Assembly: GCA_002104905.1 (NCBI GenBank) | Contig: MCFE01000264.1 | Location: 1-64,000, forward strand | Length of the DNA: 64,000 nucleotides | Origin: Basidiobolus meristosporus CBS 931.73 | Taxonomy: Eukaryota > Fungi > Basidiobolomycota | Direction of reading: 5' to 3' | In this document: one piece after another, positions 25,736 through 38,938 of the stretch | How positions within the stretch are numbered: position 1 is the stretch's first letter | How the letters are laid out: each line of letters begins with the position of its first letter | Position numbers and translations under genes: made by a program | The notes under the pieces: model-generated | Databases searched by the model: none | What the model saw: the letters and a program-made list of their open reading frames with translations, nothing else | Told to the model about the DNA's origin: nothing

Positions 25736-27685
25736 AAGGAGTAGTGCACAAAGAATGGGGGCTTTTGGACTAGATTGAGAAATATCAATAACTTCCAGGC
25801 CTTTGCAAGTTGTAAGAAATGGACAATATATACAAGATGAGACCTAAATAGATTACTCAAAATTTAGTCATAAGCTTAACTAAAAGTAAATATTTGTGGA
25901 AGGTTTATATTGAAGCTACATGCGTAAAGCAATAACTTCCCTTGATAATACTGCATGCACTTGACAACATAATTGCTATGGCCTCACAGCGTTACTTGTG
26001 ATATTCTTTGCTAACTGTTGTTATTCACCCGAGTTCTTGGAAATGCCAGGTACTACCAAAAGTCAACATGCTCTTTATATTATATTGAGTAATAACTCAA
26101 TTCACTGAAAACTCAGGAGCTCAGAGGCCAATTTACTTCAAGCTTGGGAAATACTTAGAGTAAATATATAAAATGCCTATCAATGCTCTATAAAAAGCAA
26201 CAGTAGAAACCTAGAAGTAACTTGGAGTGTTTGGGAGAAATATCTTCTTTTGCTTATTGAGCTATTTAGCTGAAATACAAAATTTTGTGTAAATAATATG
26301 GGTGTTTGGCGTAGTTGGGATATGTTAAGTTCTTCCGGAAGGTGTGCCACCCTAATTAAACATGTATAGTGACCATCAAATATGTTACCAATAAGAATAG
26401 CACAATTCCAGCTGAAGCTCAGTTCACCAGCATATTTGCAAGTTTTGGGTACCTGAGATGATGATGAAAGTATTATAAGTCTCAACAAAGAGTAAGGCTC
26501 ATAACCCACATTTCAAGTGATAACACTAATGTAAATGTTCAGGTGTATTTACAAATCTTACCACAGAATAAAATACAAAGAATATGGCTTGCTTGTTGTC
26601 CAGGTACACCTTAGCAAAAGTGGCGAGTAGAGTAGCTTGGGGATTGGAATGTATCCAGCGGTATTCATTTTTGGGAAGATCCTCGCATGTGTTGCTATCT
26701 ACCAATGGGTTTTAGAAGGCCTTCAAAGGACTCATCCTTGGGGCACATCAGTAATTCTGTGTAGCTAGTCATATTTCATTTTAAAATTGCCAAACTAAAT
26801 ATTTGTAGTATAATGCATTCGCCAATGAACGATTATAGACCAAACTAGTCAGCCAGAGCCAGAATAGGAATTAAAGGCCTCGGTTGAATAGCTCCGCAGA
26901 GTAAATTTGTAGAAGCAGCACCTTAGAACGAGACTTTTGTGAAGAGTGTGTCTCAGTCAGGGAACAACCACATTATCGTAGCAAGATAGCCTAGTAGCTT
27001 GGATTATTAGGGTAAAGTATGGCCGTTACTTCTTGGCCTTAATGAATCAAGATGAAGCTTATGTACCATCAGTGCCACTTCGTAAAAGTATTGATAAGAA
27101 TGTGTTGAACATGCAAGATTTTGGGGACTGATCAATGTAAACGAAAGCCACCTTGACGTCCGCATGTTCAAGAACTCCATGTCTGGTCGCGATTGAGCTA
27201 TGATTGTTGCCAGCAAGCTGATCAAGGCGGCTCAACGTAGTACCGTTTGCACATGTTAGATTTGTCCATACCATCGATGTCAGAACAGTAGAATGCATTC
27301 GGATAAAGGAATTGTAGATTCGTGGTAAATGCCTAGGTGCATTTAATTAAGACAAATCTGGAGGTGCCTTGGAAACTGCCCGATACCCGAACATCACCCC
27401 ACCTAAAATACCCAGGACGAGCCAGATGGTCACCTGATCCTTCCTAAATTAGTACGCGCGAGTACTTTATAGATCATCTGATTTATTTCGTTGATTTTTG
27501 TGTCAACCGAGTGAAGTTAATCTATGGAGATAACATATCTGTACTGTACCAAGCATATGATGATTATGGGGCTTCAGGTTGGAATACACATTTGTATATA
27601 ACAAAATGGAGAGGATTATACATATTTAGATATCGAGGGTGAGGTCGGGAATGGAAAGGGTAATGCGAGTTTTCGTGAGGGCTTT

Positions 27686-29041
27686 CTACTGCTTGGTAGA
27701 GGCAACCATAGCGATCAGAGCAGCGCCAACACAACCACCGTCTCTGGCTAATTCAAGCTTGACGCGATCGCTACGCTCCTTACCAAGGGAGATCTCCATA
27801 GCCCTGCGGATACGCTTGGCGAAGTATGGGTAAAACTCGTAGACTGATCCGTCAATACCAACGGTGGTTACTTCGTCCTTATCGAGGTTGACTGTGGCGC
27901 CATTGGCTTGCAACAAGAGGGCACTGATCGAGGCGCCAATAATGGTGGCAGAGCGAGTGGCCACAAGCTTGCAAATCTTGTGGATGATCTTGCGCTCCTC
28001 CAACGATACTGGCTCCACAGTGGCGAAGTTCTTCTCGAAGATGGAGCTCACTCCGGTCAAGTTGTCGGTGTGGTCGGCCTCGATGGTGGACATGAACAAG
28101 GTCTTGAACTCGTAGGGGGTTTCGAGGTTCTCGGGCATCTTACCGTCAAACAGAACTCCCTCCTTGACACAATCGACCAGAATCTGGCGGGTGATTTCGC
28201 CCATGTACATACCAGAAGTCATCTTCTCCAACTTCTGGAAACCAGGGATGGTGGTAGCGGCATCAAGCTCTTGATCGTATTTGGTAATGGGAAGTCTCTT
28301 TCCGAAGACGGAGTACTCGGTGTTGAGGATCATTTGCTCCACATGAGGGCCCTTGTACTTGGCCAACCTTTCGCCAGACTCGACGTAGGCGGCATTGGTA
28401 CCGGTGGCCAGAATCAGGCCTACTCTAGTGGAGGGGGAAACATAGGCGTGGGAAACCAAGGTTCCTACGGTATCGTTGATGATGGCAGCAACATCAATGT
28501 GGAGGTTCTTGCGCTTGAATCCATCCTCAAGCATATCCTTCAGATCGTTGCCGAGCACGCCCTCCAGATCAAAGCCTTTGCCCATCTTGATCACAATACC
28601 ACGGTTGACAGCGGTTTGGTTAAGGGCGAAGGAGAAGGTAACCCCCATGTGCATGTTGGCGGCTCCGGTATTGATGGTGGTGTCCTCCAACAGTTGAGCG
28701 GTGCAGTCAGCGATCCAATCAAAAAGCTTGGTGGCAGTACCCTTACGGATGTCGTCTGGAATGGCATACTTGCGCATGTTGACACCGACCTCGCCATCAC
28801 CGTGGAGAGTAACGGCGGCGGTACGCAGGTTGGTGCCACCCATGTCGATAGCAAGATATGTTCCGACCTCCTTACCAGTAGGGAGAGCAGTAACATACGA
28901 AGGAATTTGGCCGATGTATCCAGGCTCCTCATTGGTCAAACCGTCTTCAAGGTCTTCCATCAAATCTTTAGTGATGTCTTTGATCTTCTCCTCAGAGAGA
29001 GTGAAGGTAGCTTCGAGCTGGCTCAAGAAAGTTTTGGTCAT
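27686..29041 (-). CDS. HXK: Hexokinase, intronless
   Basis: LAIDMGGTNLR, GVTFSFA, INDTVGTL, GLILATGTNAAY, NTEYSVF, EKMTSGMYMGEI, IDGSVYE and DGGCVGAALI motifs. Confidence 0.97.
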   Translation of the reverse strand: MTKTFLSQLEATFTLSEEKIKDITKDLMEDLEDGLTNEEPGYIGQIPSYVTALPTGKEVGTYLAIDMGGTNLRTAAVTLHGDGEVGVNMRKYAIPDDIRKGTATKLFDWIADCTAQLLEDTTINTGAANMHMGVTFSFALNQTAVNRGIVIKMGKGFDLEGVLGNDLKDMLEDGFKRKNLHIDVAAIINDTVGTLVSHAYVSPSTRVGLILATGTNAAYVESGERLAKYKGPHVEQMILNTEYSVFGKRLPITKYDQELDAATTIPGFQKLEKMTSGMYMGEITRQILVDCVKEGVLFDGKMPENLETPYEFKTLFMSTIEADHTDNLTGVSSIFEKNFATVEPVSLEERKIIHKICKLVATRSATIIGASISALLLQANGATVNLDKDEVTTVGIDGSVYEFYPYFAKRIRRAMEISLGKERSDRVKLELARDGGCVGAALIAMVASTKQ

Positions 29042-32000
29042 TTCGTTTAAGTTGGCGAGAGGAGGAAGCCGGTCGAGGAGAATCTGCTTGTAGTTGATGC
29101 CGAACTCGAGTATAAATAGAGCTTTTCATATTCCTTCCGCCGAGTGTGTGAGTTCTGGTCGTGTAAAAACTCGACAAATATGGATAAATAAGGACGTATC
29201 AACTTTTTGGGCCGGGTATCGAGCGCTCCGGATACCGTCTCGTATCATTGGTCTTCACACGGTTCCACAGAAATCCAAAAAGTTGCCATATATGCCGAGC
29301 CACATTGGATTGAAATCGTCCACATACCCTGACACCTTCACGAGACCAGGTGCACAATATGAAGATCCAATAATGACCTCTTGTCCCTTGAGGACATTGG
29401 TATAGCGCTTCACCTAATAAAATACCATTATGGGCTCCAACAGTCCAGATATAGCTGGCATCCTCACTGGCCCGAAGATTTCGAGCTTTTCTCTGCTGCT
29501 CGTTGTATAGCGGCACCCTCATGTGCGAAGCAGCTTACTAGCAGCAGCGCAGAAAAGAAGCAGGGATCGAAGGATGCTTTATTGGTATCTATGTATCAAA
29601 TCTTCCTCCCCAGGCGGCCATGGGGTTGAGCGATGTGGTCATTACATCAAGGCCCTTAATTCAACCCCCCCCCCTACGGCGCTGAGGCTTATACTAATTT
29701 ACAAACCAAAACACCAACTTTACTTGGTAGCGCACTAGCCCTCGCATATTGGTTATTCTTCCCCCTGACTAACATAGTATGGTCTAGCGGCCGATCGAGA
29801 ATAATCTCAGCCCTAAAGTCATCCGACCATTCTCTACGATGTGGAAATGGTCGAATTTGTTCAAGGGGCCAGAAAGCCGATACAACAAGCAGAAGATCAA
29901 GATTTACAGAACTCCGATGCCCTACGTTTTACTTCTGCCCTGGCTAATCATTTGGATAGGGATCGTACTTGGGGCGTCCCGCGAGAACTTTGAAACTCCC
30001 CGACGCTTGAAATGTGTTGATAACGTATACGCCAGATTTCTCACGAATTTGTGGTCGGATCTGGAATTTGGCCACCATATATGGTAAGAGTCTACGGAGC
30101 TCTCTAGTGGTCGGACTAATTTCTTAACCTGGCAATCTAGATTCTGACCTGAACCTGGCTGATTTTGAACCAGGGCATGGATGGCTGGAGTATTCCTACG
30201 AAAATACTGTCTTGGCCAACTCATAACGAGAGACCCAAGGAGCCATCCTCCACGGCGGAGTGGTGTATTTCCTAATGAACATGTCGGCCAAGGGGCCGTC
30301 CGTCGGCAGCCTTGGAGATTGACGTTGCTCTTCGCCCCCGTGGCCAATATAGATTCCGTTGTGTGCTCCCACGATGAGGATACGAGCGGATACCACATCC
30401 GCTTTCCTTCGCCCTGTATGGGCCGAGCTGAGCCAAGATTGGTACACCAATGGAGAAACCTAGTCAACCATCCTATATTTGTAGAGAGGACTTGGTATAC
30501 ATAACTCCCATCAAATGAACACTGGCCAGTCAACTGTGGAGGAACTAATTGGATCCAACCCATGTAACATGAAATCCATTCGAGATCATGCTATTTTCAA
30601 CACTCTCTAGGAACTAGAAGAGGAGTGATGTGGACCAAGGTCAATCATGAACCTGGCTAAACTTACTACTCCCATGCTGTTGCGATATCGTGGCGCCACC
30701 TTCTGAAAAGATCACCAACATGGATTAACCTTTTTTTGACTTCCACGAACTTTTGGCCCGTGGTATCCATGTGCATCACCCATGATCCACATGTTTATTT
30801 TCGCGATTCCAACCGTGTGCAACCCGCTTTAATGGCATCTAAATTCTCCAGCTCCGCCCGATTCCCCAGGATATGCTCGGGATCTCTGGTATTGAGACGA
30901 CTAGGCGCCACATATCTTGAATGGACCGCTTGTGCTACCTTGAGAAACAACCAGTCGTGGATCTTGCGTTGCATTGTGTTTCAGGCCGTGGACTCGATTA
31001 CTGGGAAATGCAGAACCGCGAGTCGCTTTCCTCCAAACCGTAGATGATGGTGGGATAGTCAATAAATCCATATGCGGACAATCTTATGTATTAGCTTTCC
31101 TGAACTAGACTGTCAAGTCTGGGTAATCAAATAACATAGCGCGTGCTTTCATAGGCACGATCATTGCGAAGCCACGGACTAGGGATGCTACTCCGAGTCC
31201 AATTGTAGGGCCTTTCACCACGACATGAACCTGCGGTCTGGATGATTAAGCTTCATTGGAATCTGTGGTATTAAGGTGCCTAACAACCATCTGGGAATGA
31301 ACTTTAAGGTTGAAGTGAATGTCAACACGGATATTCCGAGTAATTACCAAGGAAATCATATGATTTGTGGGAACTGGATGTACCATTCTTCCTATTCCTT
31401 ACGAGCGGCGGAAACATGCAAGAATGGGAACTATCGACGTGATCTAAAAGTTCGCAGATCTTCACGCCTATTTTCAACGCCCTCCTTCCCGAAACTCAAT
31501 ATTGGGCCCTGCAAAGGCACGTGGCCTTTGGGAGCTGGCCGCTGTTGTAGATTCTAAACCAGGGCTAAGGTCAAGGTTCGATGTAAAACCTGGTAGGCCA
31601 AAGCCCGTTAAACCAAGTGCTTTCGATGGAGTACTGCAGAAATATGCAAGGGGAGCTGGAAAGTCTATCTGTAAAGGCTCTTGATAACACACTCAACACT
31701 CCATAGGAGTGGTTGAAAGAAAGGTTTCTAATAATTCCATAAACTAGTGAAAACTCACTGCTCAAAATGCTCCTGATCTCTCAAATATATCGGATGCGCA
31801 TTTTCTTCATAGTGAATCACGCCAGCGAATATATAATTGGGACGTAGGCTCGACCTGTAAGTATTCAAAGTAATGCCGATGCAGTTACTTCGAGTACTAT
31901 GAACCATGTTTCAGCGTTATAAGGAATATCAACACCATAACCACAACGCGTATACCGCATCCAGCTTTATCCAAAATACAAGTTGGATTTCTTGAAAGAA

Positions 32001-32324
32001 TATTTTCAATCAACACCAACTCTCTATTACCTGAGGTGTAGCAGGCAGCAACATATATATATGTAATATAGTACTCCAGGTATAGCAAAGTATGGTCAAA
32101 TGAGGATAAAGTTTTGCGTCCTTTAGCTTAATGAAATTTTAGGATGACATTTTGTTGAGGTGGGAAATTCCTGAAATGATACAGGTTTTTCTGTTCATAT
32201 GAGTTTCAGACTTGGCAAATCATACTTGCACGGAAGGTGAATTAGACATTATATGAGTTCATTGGCAATTGTTATCACATTTTGCCTGAGAAGTCTGATT
32301 GTATTGTCCACCTTGCCATTAATC

Positions 32325-32655
32325 TGTTGTAAAAATTCATAATTCCACCTAAATATTCGCTTGACTTAGTCACTTACATCGTTACCTACAAATCTTAGAG
32401 AATACTGACCAAGTTCCATGTCAGGATTTACTTAGAATATTTTCACCAAAACATCAGGTACCCAGAGTTATCCATACAGCCCCCAATCTTGCACACATGT
32501 TCTTGCGACTTTCCTAAGCATATTATGAGTGTTTTTTTTCCAAGACTAAGTAAAAGCATAAATACTACTTTTACATTCAATAAATCATCAAGTAAAAACC
32601 ACATAATCCACTTGTTCTCCCAATCACTTCCAATATCTCCAAAACTCTTACAACA
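32325..32655 (+). mobile_element. Solo LTR with perfect 5-bp TSD
   Basis: TGTTGTAAAA...CTCTTACAACA flanked by TAATC at 32320-32324 and 32656-32660; small internal deletion. Confidence 0.93.
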
Positions 32656-32769
32656 TAATCAGCTACCCCATCCAGTACAGAGTAAAAGCACAAATGCTCA
32701 CCACCAGTGGAGTGGCAGTATGAGAATATTTAGGTGTATTATATTTCAAGAAATACTGATAATCGGTTG

Positions 32770-33030
32770 ATATTGTTAAAAATTTCGTGAATACACCTCA
32801 ATAATCACTTAACGTAGTCACTTAGATCATGGTACACAAATCTTGGAGAATTCCAAAGAGCCCCAAGCTTTGCTCAGATGTTTTTGGGGCCTTCTCAAGC
32901 ATATTCTACGATCTTTCCCCAAGACAATGTAAGACTACAAAAACCCTTTTGATATGATAAATCATAAAAGAAAACCACATAATCTACTTGCTGTCCCAAT
33001 CACTTGCAATATGTCCCAAACTCCTACACC
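32770..33030 (+). mobile_element. Degenerate solo LTR, same family
   Basis: Contains gtcacttagatcat..acaaatctt and aaaaccacataatctacttg..cccaatcactt blocks; internally deleted. Confidence 0.75.
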
Positions 33031-36000
33031 AAATATTACCATTTGGTAATCTTGGTGTAGTGCATTGCTTGCACAGTACATGTTGATATTGTGGTTCCAG
33101 CACTATCCCTGTGAGAAAAAACTACTAATAGCCAGCAAAAATCCAATCCTCCTTAGAGCTGTAACTTTCAGTATCAGAAGTTCTAGCCCTTTTGAGGACA
33201 AGTAGACATATGTCCTAGAAAGCATTGTGCTCTAGTGACCCTTGTGCCAAATATGGTAGCAGTCGGCCCATTGACTCCAAAGATATATACGCTTGCAAAT
33301 TGGCTGAAGAATGCCAGCAGAATACTATATGAAATCCAAGTTTGATATTTTTCATAGGGTATCTGGTAACTGCCACCTTTGTATCAAAAAATAAAAATTG
33401 GTTTCGAAGACACTTCAATCAAAATCAACAATCATCAAGGCTTATGCCAATCGAGATAAATCACGGCTATGATAGTAATTGATGCAGCTAGGTGAAATTG
33501 AGGCAAATGAATGATAATGATGTCAGAATAATAGGGATTTTTGAATGGAGCACTTCATATGTAACATTAGTTTCCATTCAGGTGTTAAGAATTCAGCTTT
33601 GCTGATAGCCCCACTGACTATGATGCTCTTAATTCGAAGCAACAACCTAGGGGGGCACCTCTTACTCTTGGAACATAAAACTTGGCTGCCTCTACTAAAA
33701 GCTTATGTGATTAAGAAAGTTACTGATATTGTATAAATCGTGCCATTTGATACCAGCTTCAGTATTTTGTATTTCATCATCAAACTATCCAACACCATAT
33801 GATAATTACCAACTGGAATGAGAGCTTATATGTCCCATAGAGGAATAGTCACTCTACTCATTCAATATTCCCACTTCACTACTCGATATGGAAATTCTAA
33901 ACGGTTGCTCTTGTCACTCATATTGCTGGACACTCGCATACTGAGTGTGTTAATTCCGAGGTTGAAAGACAACCGGTTACGTGAGGCTCCATCAAGAACA
34001 GCAAGTTCTAAAACTTTCCAACTATTCTATGGTGAGCTTCTTGCATTGATATGCTCTCTTCCCCTATATTCCTTTTTGGCCTCAACAGCAAAGCTCCAAT
34101 GTTCTAACTGGTTTTCTAACTGCTCTCTGCGTTCCATACGCATCAAGAGAATCCCTAAATCTCAGCTTAGAGCCCTTATATATACCCAGTTATTTCGTCT
34201 CGTTTAAAACCGCACTGTTCTTGTGTAAGTAGGGGGCATACTATGCCAGCTAAACGGTGTTCAGAAATTGGAATACTTGCATCAAGACGGTAGACCACAA
34301 AAAGCAATATGCATCATCACGGAACCCAACCAGGCTGTTGAATCTGACTGCTTACCTTATAGATTTTGTATGATCCATATTTTTCAACAATACCCTCGCT
34401 TATCTATTCGGCTATTACTTGGAAGGTGAACACTCTGATGCTGTGAAAGCAGGATAAGCCTCATGATCAAGGCGAGTTCGATTCACGAAATTCAGATTCA
34501 AAACTCAGGATCTGAATAAGGAATTGCTACCAGTATTTAATATTAATTATTTATATTTGCGACGGTGGTGGGTAGGGTTGAGCTAGGTGATTCATGGGGA
34601 AATGAATTTGTTGAATCACACGGAGAGAAGTGAGCCGCTGATTGGGCCATACTACAGATCTGGAAAGTGGTTCAGAAAAAGATCCATTGCACGTTTTGGC
34701 TATGCAGCACAGATTAGAGAATACTCTTATTCGAATACCTTAAACACGATAGCGCACTGCTGTCCCGTTAACCAGAATCCTCAAAGATGCTTCAGAATGA
34801 ACCCCAATGTTGTGATTTTGATGCAAGAGCAACCAAGGCGAAGGGGAGCGGCTCTACGTTGGTAGGATTATGTCGAGCTGGCGAGCTTGGACCAGGTCTC
34901 TGTGGTCATTCAGCTTATCGAGAAATACATCAAAGCCTCATTCATTAATGTCCCCACAAAACCGGTTGCTGTAGTGGCCCGTTGTACCAACCTTCCCATA
35001 TAATAGCAGTCCACGGTATGAATCATGTGCAAGGGAATACGGCGACATGTTGACTGCAACCACAGCAAGGAATATAGCCAAAGTAGAAGCAGACCAACCA
35101 CCCTCCAACTAAGTAATCTGGTATGGGCCCCCACCACACCTATACTAAAAGGCATTGATGTTCATTCAAGGAATACGTATAGCAGTTGTCTGGTTTGGGG
35201 GGAGGTGGAAATGAAAATCCTGCCCATGGGAATTTGATAGGCTATTCATAGTTGACTTGGGTGGAAAATCCAATGTGGATAGAGTTTCGCACCAGTTATA
35301 GGAAAGGAGTAGCGCCATTGTTACTCAAATTAACCACGGTGAAACCCTCTGAAGGTACATGTACTACCGCATCTAGCCAAAACAGTCCCCTCTCCATCAC
35401 GTAGTTTTTTCTGAGCCTCTTTTTTCACCCGTTTTCATCATGTGGCAGGCTTTGGTGTCTATGAAAACGAAGCATTGCTCAAACAAGAGCCTTGGGTGCT
35501 TCAAAGGCATGACTAACAAAACACAATATGCCAAGAGCACTCGGATTAGAATGTCACTTGCTGACATCGTTGTGTTGTTGCATTCGACGAGGGACCCAAT
35601 TTCATAACCAAACACCAATACAATGTTTGCTCCCAGAACACCTCATTGGTTGTGACTCGTGTGGCTCTGTGAGCAGATACATCAATCAGCACAACTATCA
35701 CCTGACCCCTTTCGAATGGTTTGACAGATTCCAGAATACTCAACAATGTAGAAGCACAATCGAGACAATTTACGAATCATCAGGTTGAAAGCAGGTTCTA
35801 TCCTGTGGGCACATCATGGATTTTGCCACAATGAAGCCAATAGAAGGCTCGATGCCCTGGGGACATGTTACGTTTCATTTACTCCATCCTATTCAGTCCG
35901 ATGATATGATGTGCTAAATGGGATGTTTACTAGCTAGATGATTTGGTCTCCACCTCGATGCATGCAACCCACCAATCATCGGCCCCACCTCGCCTTATAA

Positions 36001-36129
36001 ATGATAGCTTTCACTCGAAAGTGGTTCGATTGCCACTTCGATTGAAATCTCACTATACTTCTTTATCCAGTGCCCGTCACCTCCCCTTGATTTACGCGAG
36101 CGTTTTTCTGTTGCAACCTTTCTCAAAAT

Positions 36130-36375
36130 ATGGGCCTTATTGACAAAATCCAGAATTCATACCTCTACACTCACTGGAAGGTGGGAAAATACACCAAGAG
36201 ACGTGGCGGCTGCCCTGACCTGGACAGAAGGGACTCCCGCTATTACGAGCGTAACTATGTCGACGGCGTCTACCTTGATGGCAACGAACGTCCAACGCTC
36301 TCTAAGAGTAGGAGTTTCCTGAAGCGCAAAACCTCCCAGGTGGTTCGCTCCAGCGAAACCTACAACGATATGTAG
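36130..36375 (+). CDS. Small 81-aa protein of unknown function
   Basis: True ATG after a pyrimidine-rich leader, C-ending codon bias like the housekeeping genes, protein-like sequence (KVGKYTKRR..RDSRYYERNYVDGVY). Confidence 0.72.
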   Translation: MGLIDKIQNSYLYTHWKVGKYTKRRGGCPDLDRRDSRYYERNYVDGVYLDGNERPTLSKSRSFLKRKTSQVVRSSETYNDM

Positions 36376-38476
36376 AGCCTCCCGGGTAATCGATGGTTTG
36401 AGTTGCCGGGCTTCCCTCCTATGGGTTTTTACAATCCCCCTCTGGGAGTCACTTTGGCCCTACACCAATTTTCTTCAGTACTTCGTCCCTTCAGAGGGTG
36501 GTTGGTTGGCAATTACTATTTGAATTTTCCCAATTGTACCATAGTCATCTTTTGCATTTCGTGAGCTAGTAAATCGAACCCGGTATCTAATTGACTGCTT
36601 CGCTAGCTCTCCACCGTGTATTTCAATGTATCGAGCTTTCGAGGGAAGAACAACTGGCTTATTTTCTAATAAAGTATTTTCCTCTTATGTTTGGGCGGAG
36701 TGGCGGGACACGTCGAGTGGCATGGGCCTGGGTCTAGCCCTGACATCTAGGTTAATTTATGAAGCTTGACTGATGTGTATGAATGACAGGTTGGCGCTTG
36801 ACGGCAAGCTCGATTCGATTGGATATTCCAGGGTTGTCTTCGGAAGGGGTATTTACCTTCGTGGCCATGCGCCCCAGATCAATGTGACATTGGAGGTACA
36901 TGTGTTTCGAGGTTTGGGTCCCTATGGAGGATAATCCTGATCATCAGCAGGATGGGTTTCGTGGATTGGTTTCAGGATTGATTGGGTAGCCATTTGTTCC
37001 ATGATACAATAGCCATTTAGAACATAACATAGCCATCCACAATCCAGGTTGCGTGATGAATCTATACGCGAATTTTTCTACCTGGTTCTGAGCGGGTTTA
37101 CGATGTATTTTGGATGCAAATAAGCTAAGGCATCAAGCGCAGGAAAAGCAATTTCCGGCCACCCAATTCAGGATGGATCCTTTCCATGGCAGATTAATGC
37201 TGTCCCAGTGGAAGTCTATTGCATTTAAGGCTTGCTGATGCTAGGAGAGTGATGCATGAGTATAGCAGATGGTGACTGTGGGTATTCAGGAGTATAGAAA
37301 CCCCGTTCAAAGTCAGCTTGGTTGCATATGAGTGCTATTTGTAATCCAAGACTTAATGAGAATTACTAGAGATATACCAACTATGGGACAGCTATGGGAG
37401 CATATCAATGCCTAAAACACAGCGGGTCTCGTTTTTGGATAACTCCACTTTTCAGCGTCAGGGGCCAGGATTGGATGAGTGATGGATGTCACATTGAATA
37501 CGGCGTATTCACCGCCTCAGGTGCGAAGGAGATCCAGATACGCCATTTTCGTGCCGAGCGCCGCTCCAGAGCTGCTCAGTAGCAAGCCCTCAAGTTGGGA
37601 TTGCGGATGACCGGATAATGGTCAACCGATGGATAAACCACTGTAGAACATTGGTATTACGGCCGGGGATTGTGGATCTCCGCAGACATATTCCCGACAT
37701 CACTCGACAGTAAACCTCCACAGAATGGATGTTACCCAAGCTTGTATATCTATCGTCTCTTGGAGTAGGCTTGAGCATGCCATCATCTAGTGAATGCATA
37801 ATAATCAATCATAGATCGTCACTGGAACGGATCTAGATTTTATCACGGTCATTGCTAAATATCATACAATCACAGATACGGTTTGATTATCCACTGCCCA
37901 TGTAACTCTGAGCTTGATTGCCTATTGGTCCGCCACAAGTACCCAACCTTTACGAATCGCCCCCAACCTGATAGCTCACGCTCAGACATCCCAATCCCGC
38001 CTGGGGTAGGGATCCGTAGAATAAGATACCCACCACGTATGCTACTGAACGCCTCCTTGCGGCCGCGGTAGCTGCTCGGTGTGTCGAAGCCATTTCATCA
38101 ATCGTTATCTAACCAAAGCCCACCACATCTCAATGCTGGGCTGGAGCACAGGAATATCGTCATATAGATTTCCCACCTGCGCGGCAGATCCAGCAAGAAG
38201 AAATATCCATCAACGAGGACCTTGACCCAGCTGCGTTACACCTGACGAGATAGCGGCGGGGATGTAGGGAAGAATAGATAATCATGTATTACCAAAATAA
38301 TCAGGCTGATGGAAATGAGCCTCAAGTGTATGATCTTGGGTGATTACTATTTGTTGATCGATATTATTTGTGAATGAGATAGATATCAAGAAATACCCAT
38401 GTACGGATCAGCTTAGGAGCTTTTAAATTTAATTGAACTCAAGTGCTCATCTGGCCTACGTAAGTTATTTGCTGTC

Positions 38477-38938
38477 ATGTCTTCTACTGCTATAGTTCGT
38501 TTCTGGAATCACCCCGCCGGCCCCAAAACTGTTCACTTCTGGGCTCCTGCTGTCAAATGGGTAGACTGTCGGGCTTTAGTTTGGTGTTGTTTTCTTCTAG
38601 CTCATCAATTGAGTCATCTAGGGTCTGGTCTTTGCCGGTCTTGGCGATCTGAGCCGCTCTCCTGAGCAACTCTCTGTTTCTCAGCAAACTGGTACTTCAG
38701 TCTAAAGGCTCGCGTTGGAGTCGTCGAGAGTTTTGCGCTAACGTCCTCTTTTTGGTTGCCCCATGTAGCTTTGGCATGTACTGGACTTATCTGGTCTCGC
38801 TACTCCACCCAAATTATCCCCAAGAACTGGTCCCTCTTCTCCGTCAACGTATTCGTAGCCGCCACTTCCCTCTACCAACTGTACCGTATCTATGACTACA
38901 GAAGCAAGCAAGAGGCCACTAAGGAGCCCACCGCATAA
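38477..38938 (+). CDS. MPC2: Mitochondrial pyruvate carrier subunit, MPC2 type, 3 exons
   Basis: FWNHPAGPKTVHFWAPAVKW-GLVFAGLGDLSR..ALACTGLIWSRYSTQIIPKNWSLFSVNVFV..YQLYRI. The HPAGPKT..FWAP motif marks MPC2 rather than MPC1. Introns about 38561-38620 and 38691-38768. Confidence 0.95.

Noticed and set aside
27640-27688. Cryptic peroxisomal targeting by stop-codon readthrough in glycolytic genes
   Set aside because: The in-frame extensions after the stops of hexokinase (..LTLDI*), iPGM (M*) and ADH (..CGI*) do not end in a PTS1-like tripeptide.
29420-30375. Peptide VGAHNGI in two minus-strand ORFs about 930 bp apart with mostly synonymous differences
   Set aside because: Similarity does not extend beyond about 10 residues, and a rough estimate gives about one such 7-mer match by chance among all listed ORFs.
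34440-34495. GAGTTCGATTC resembling a tRNA T-loop
   Set aside because: No acceptor or anticodon stem can be folded and the spacing to a D-loop-like motif is too short.
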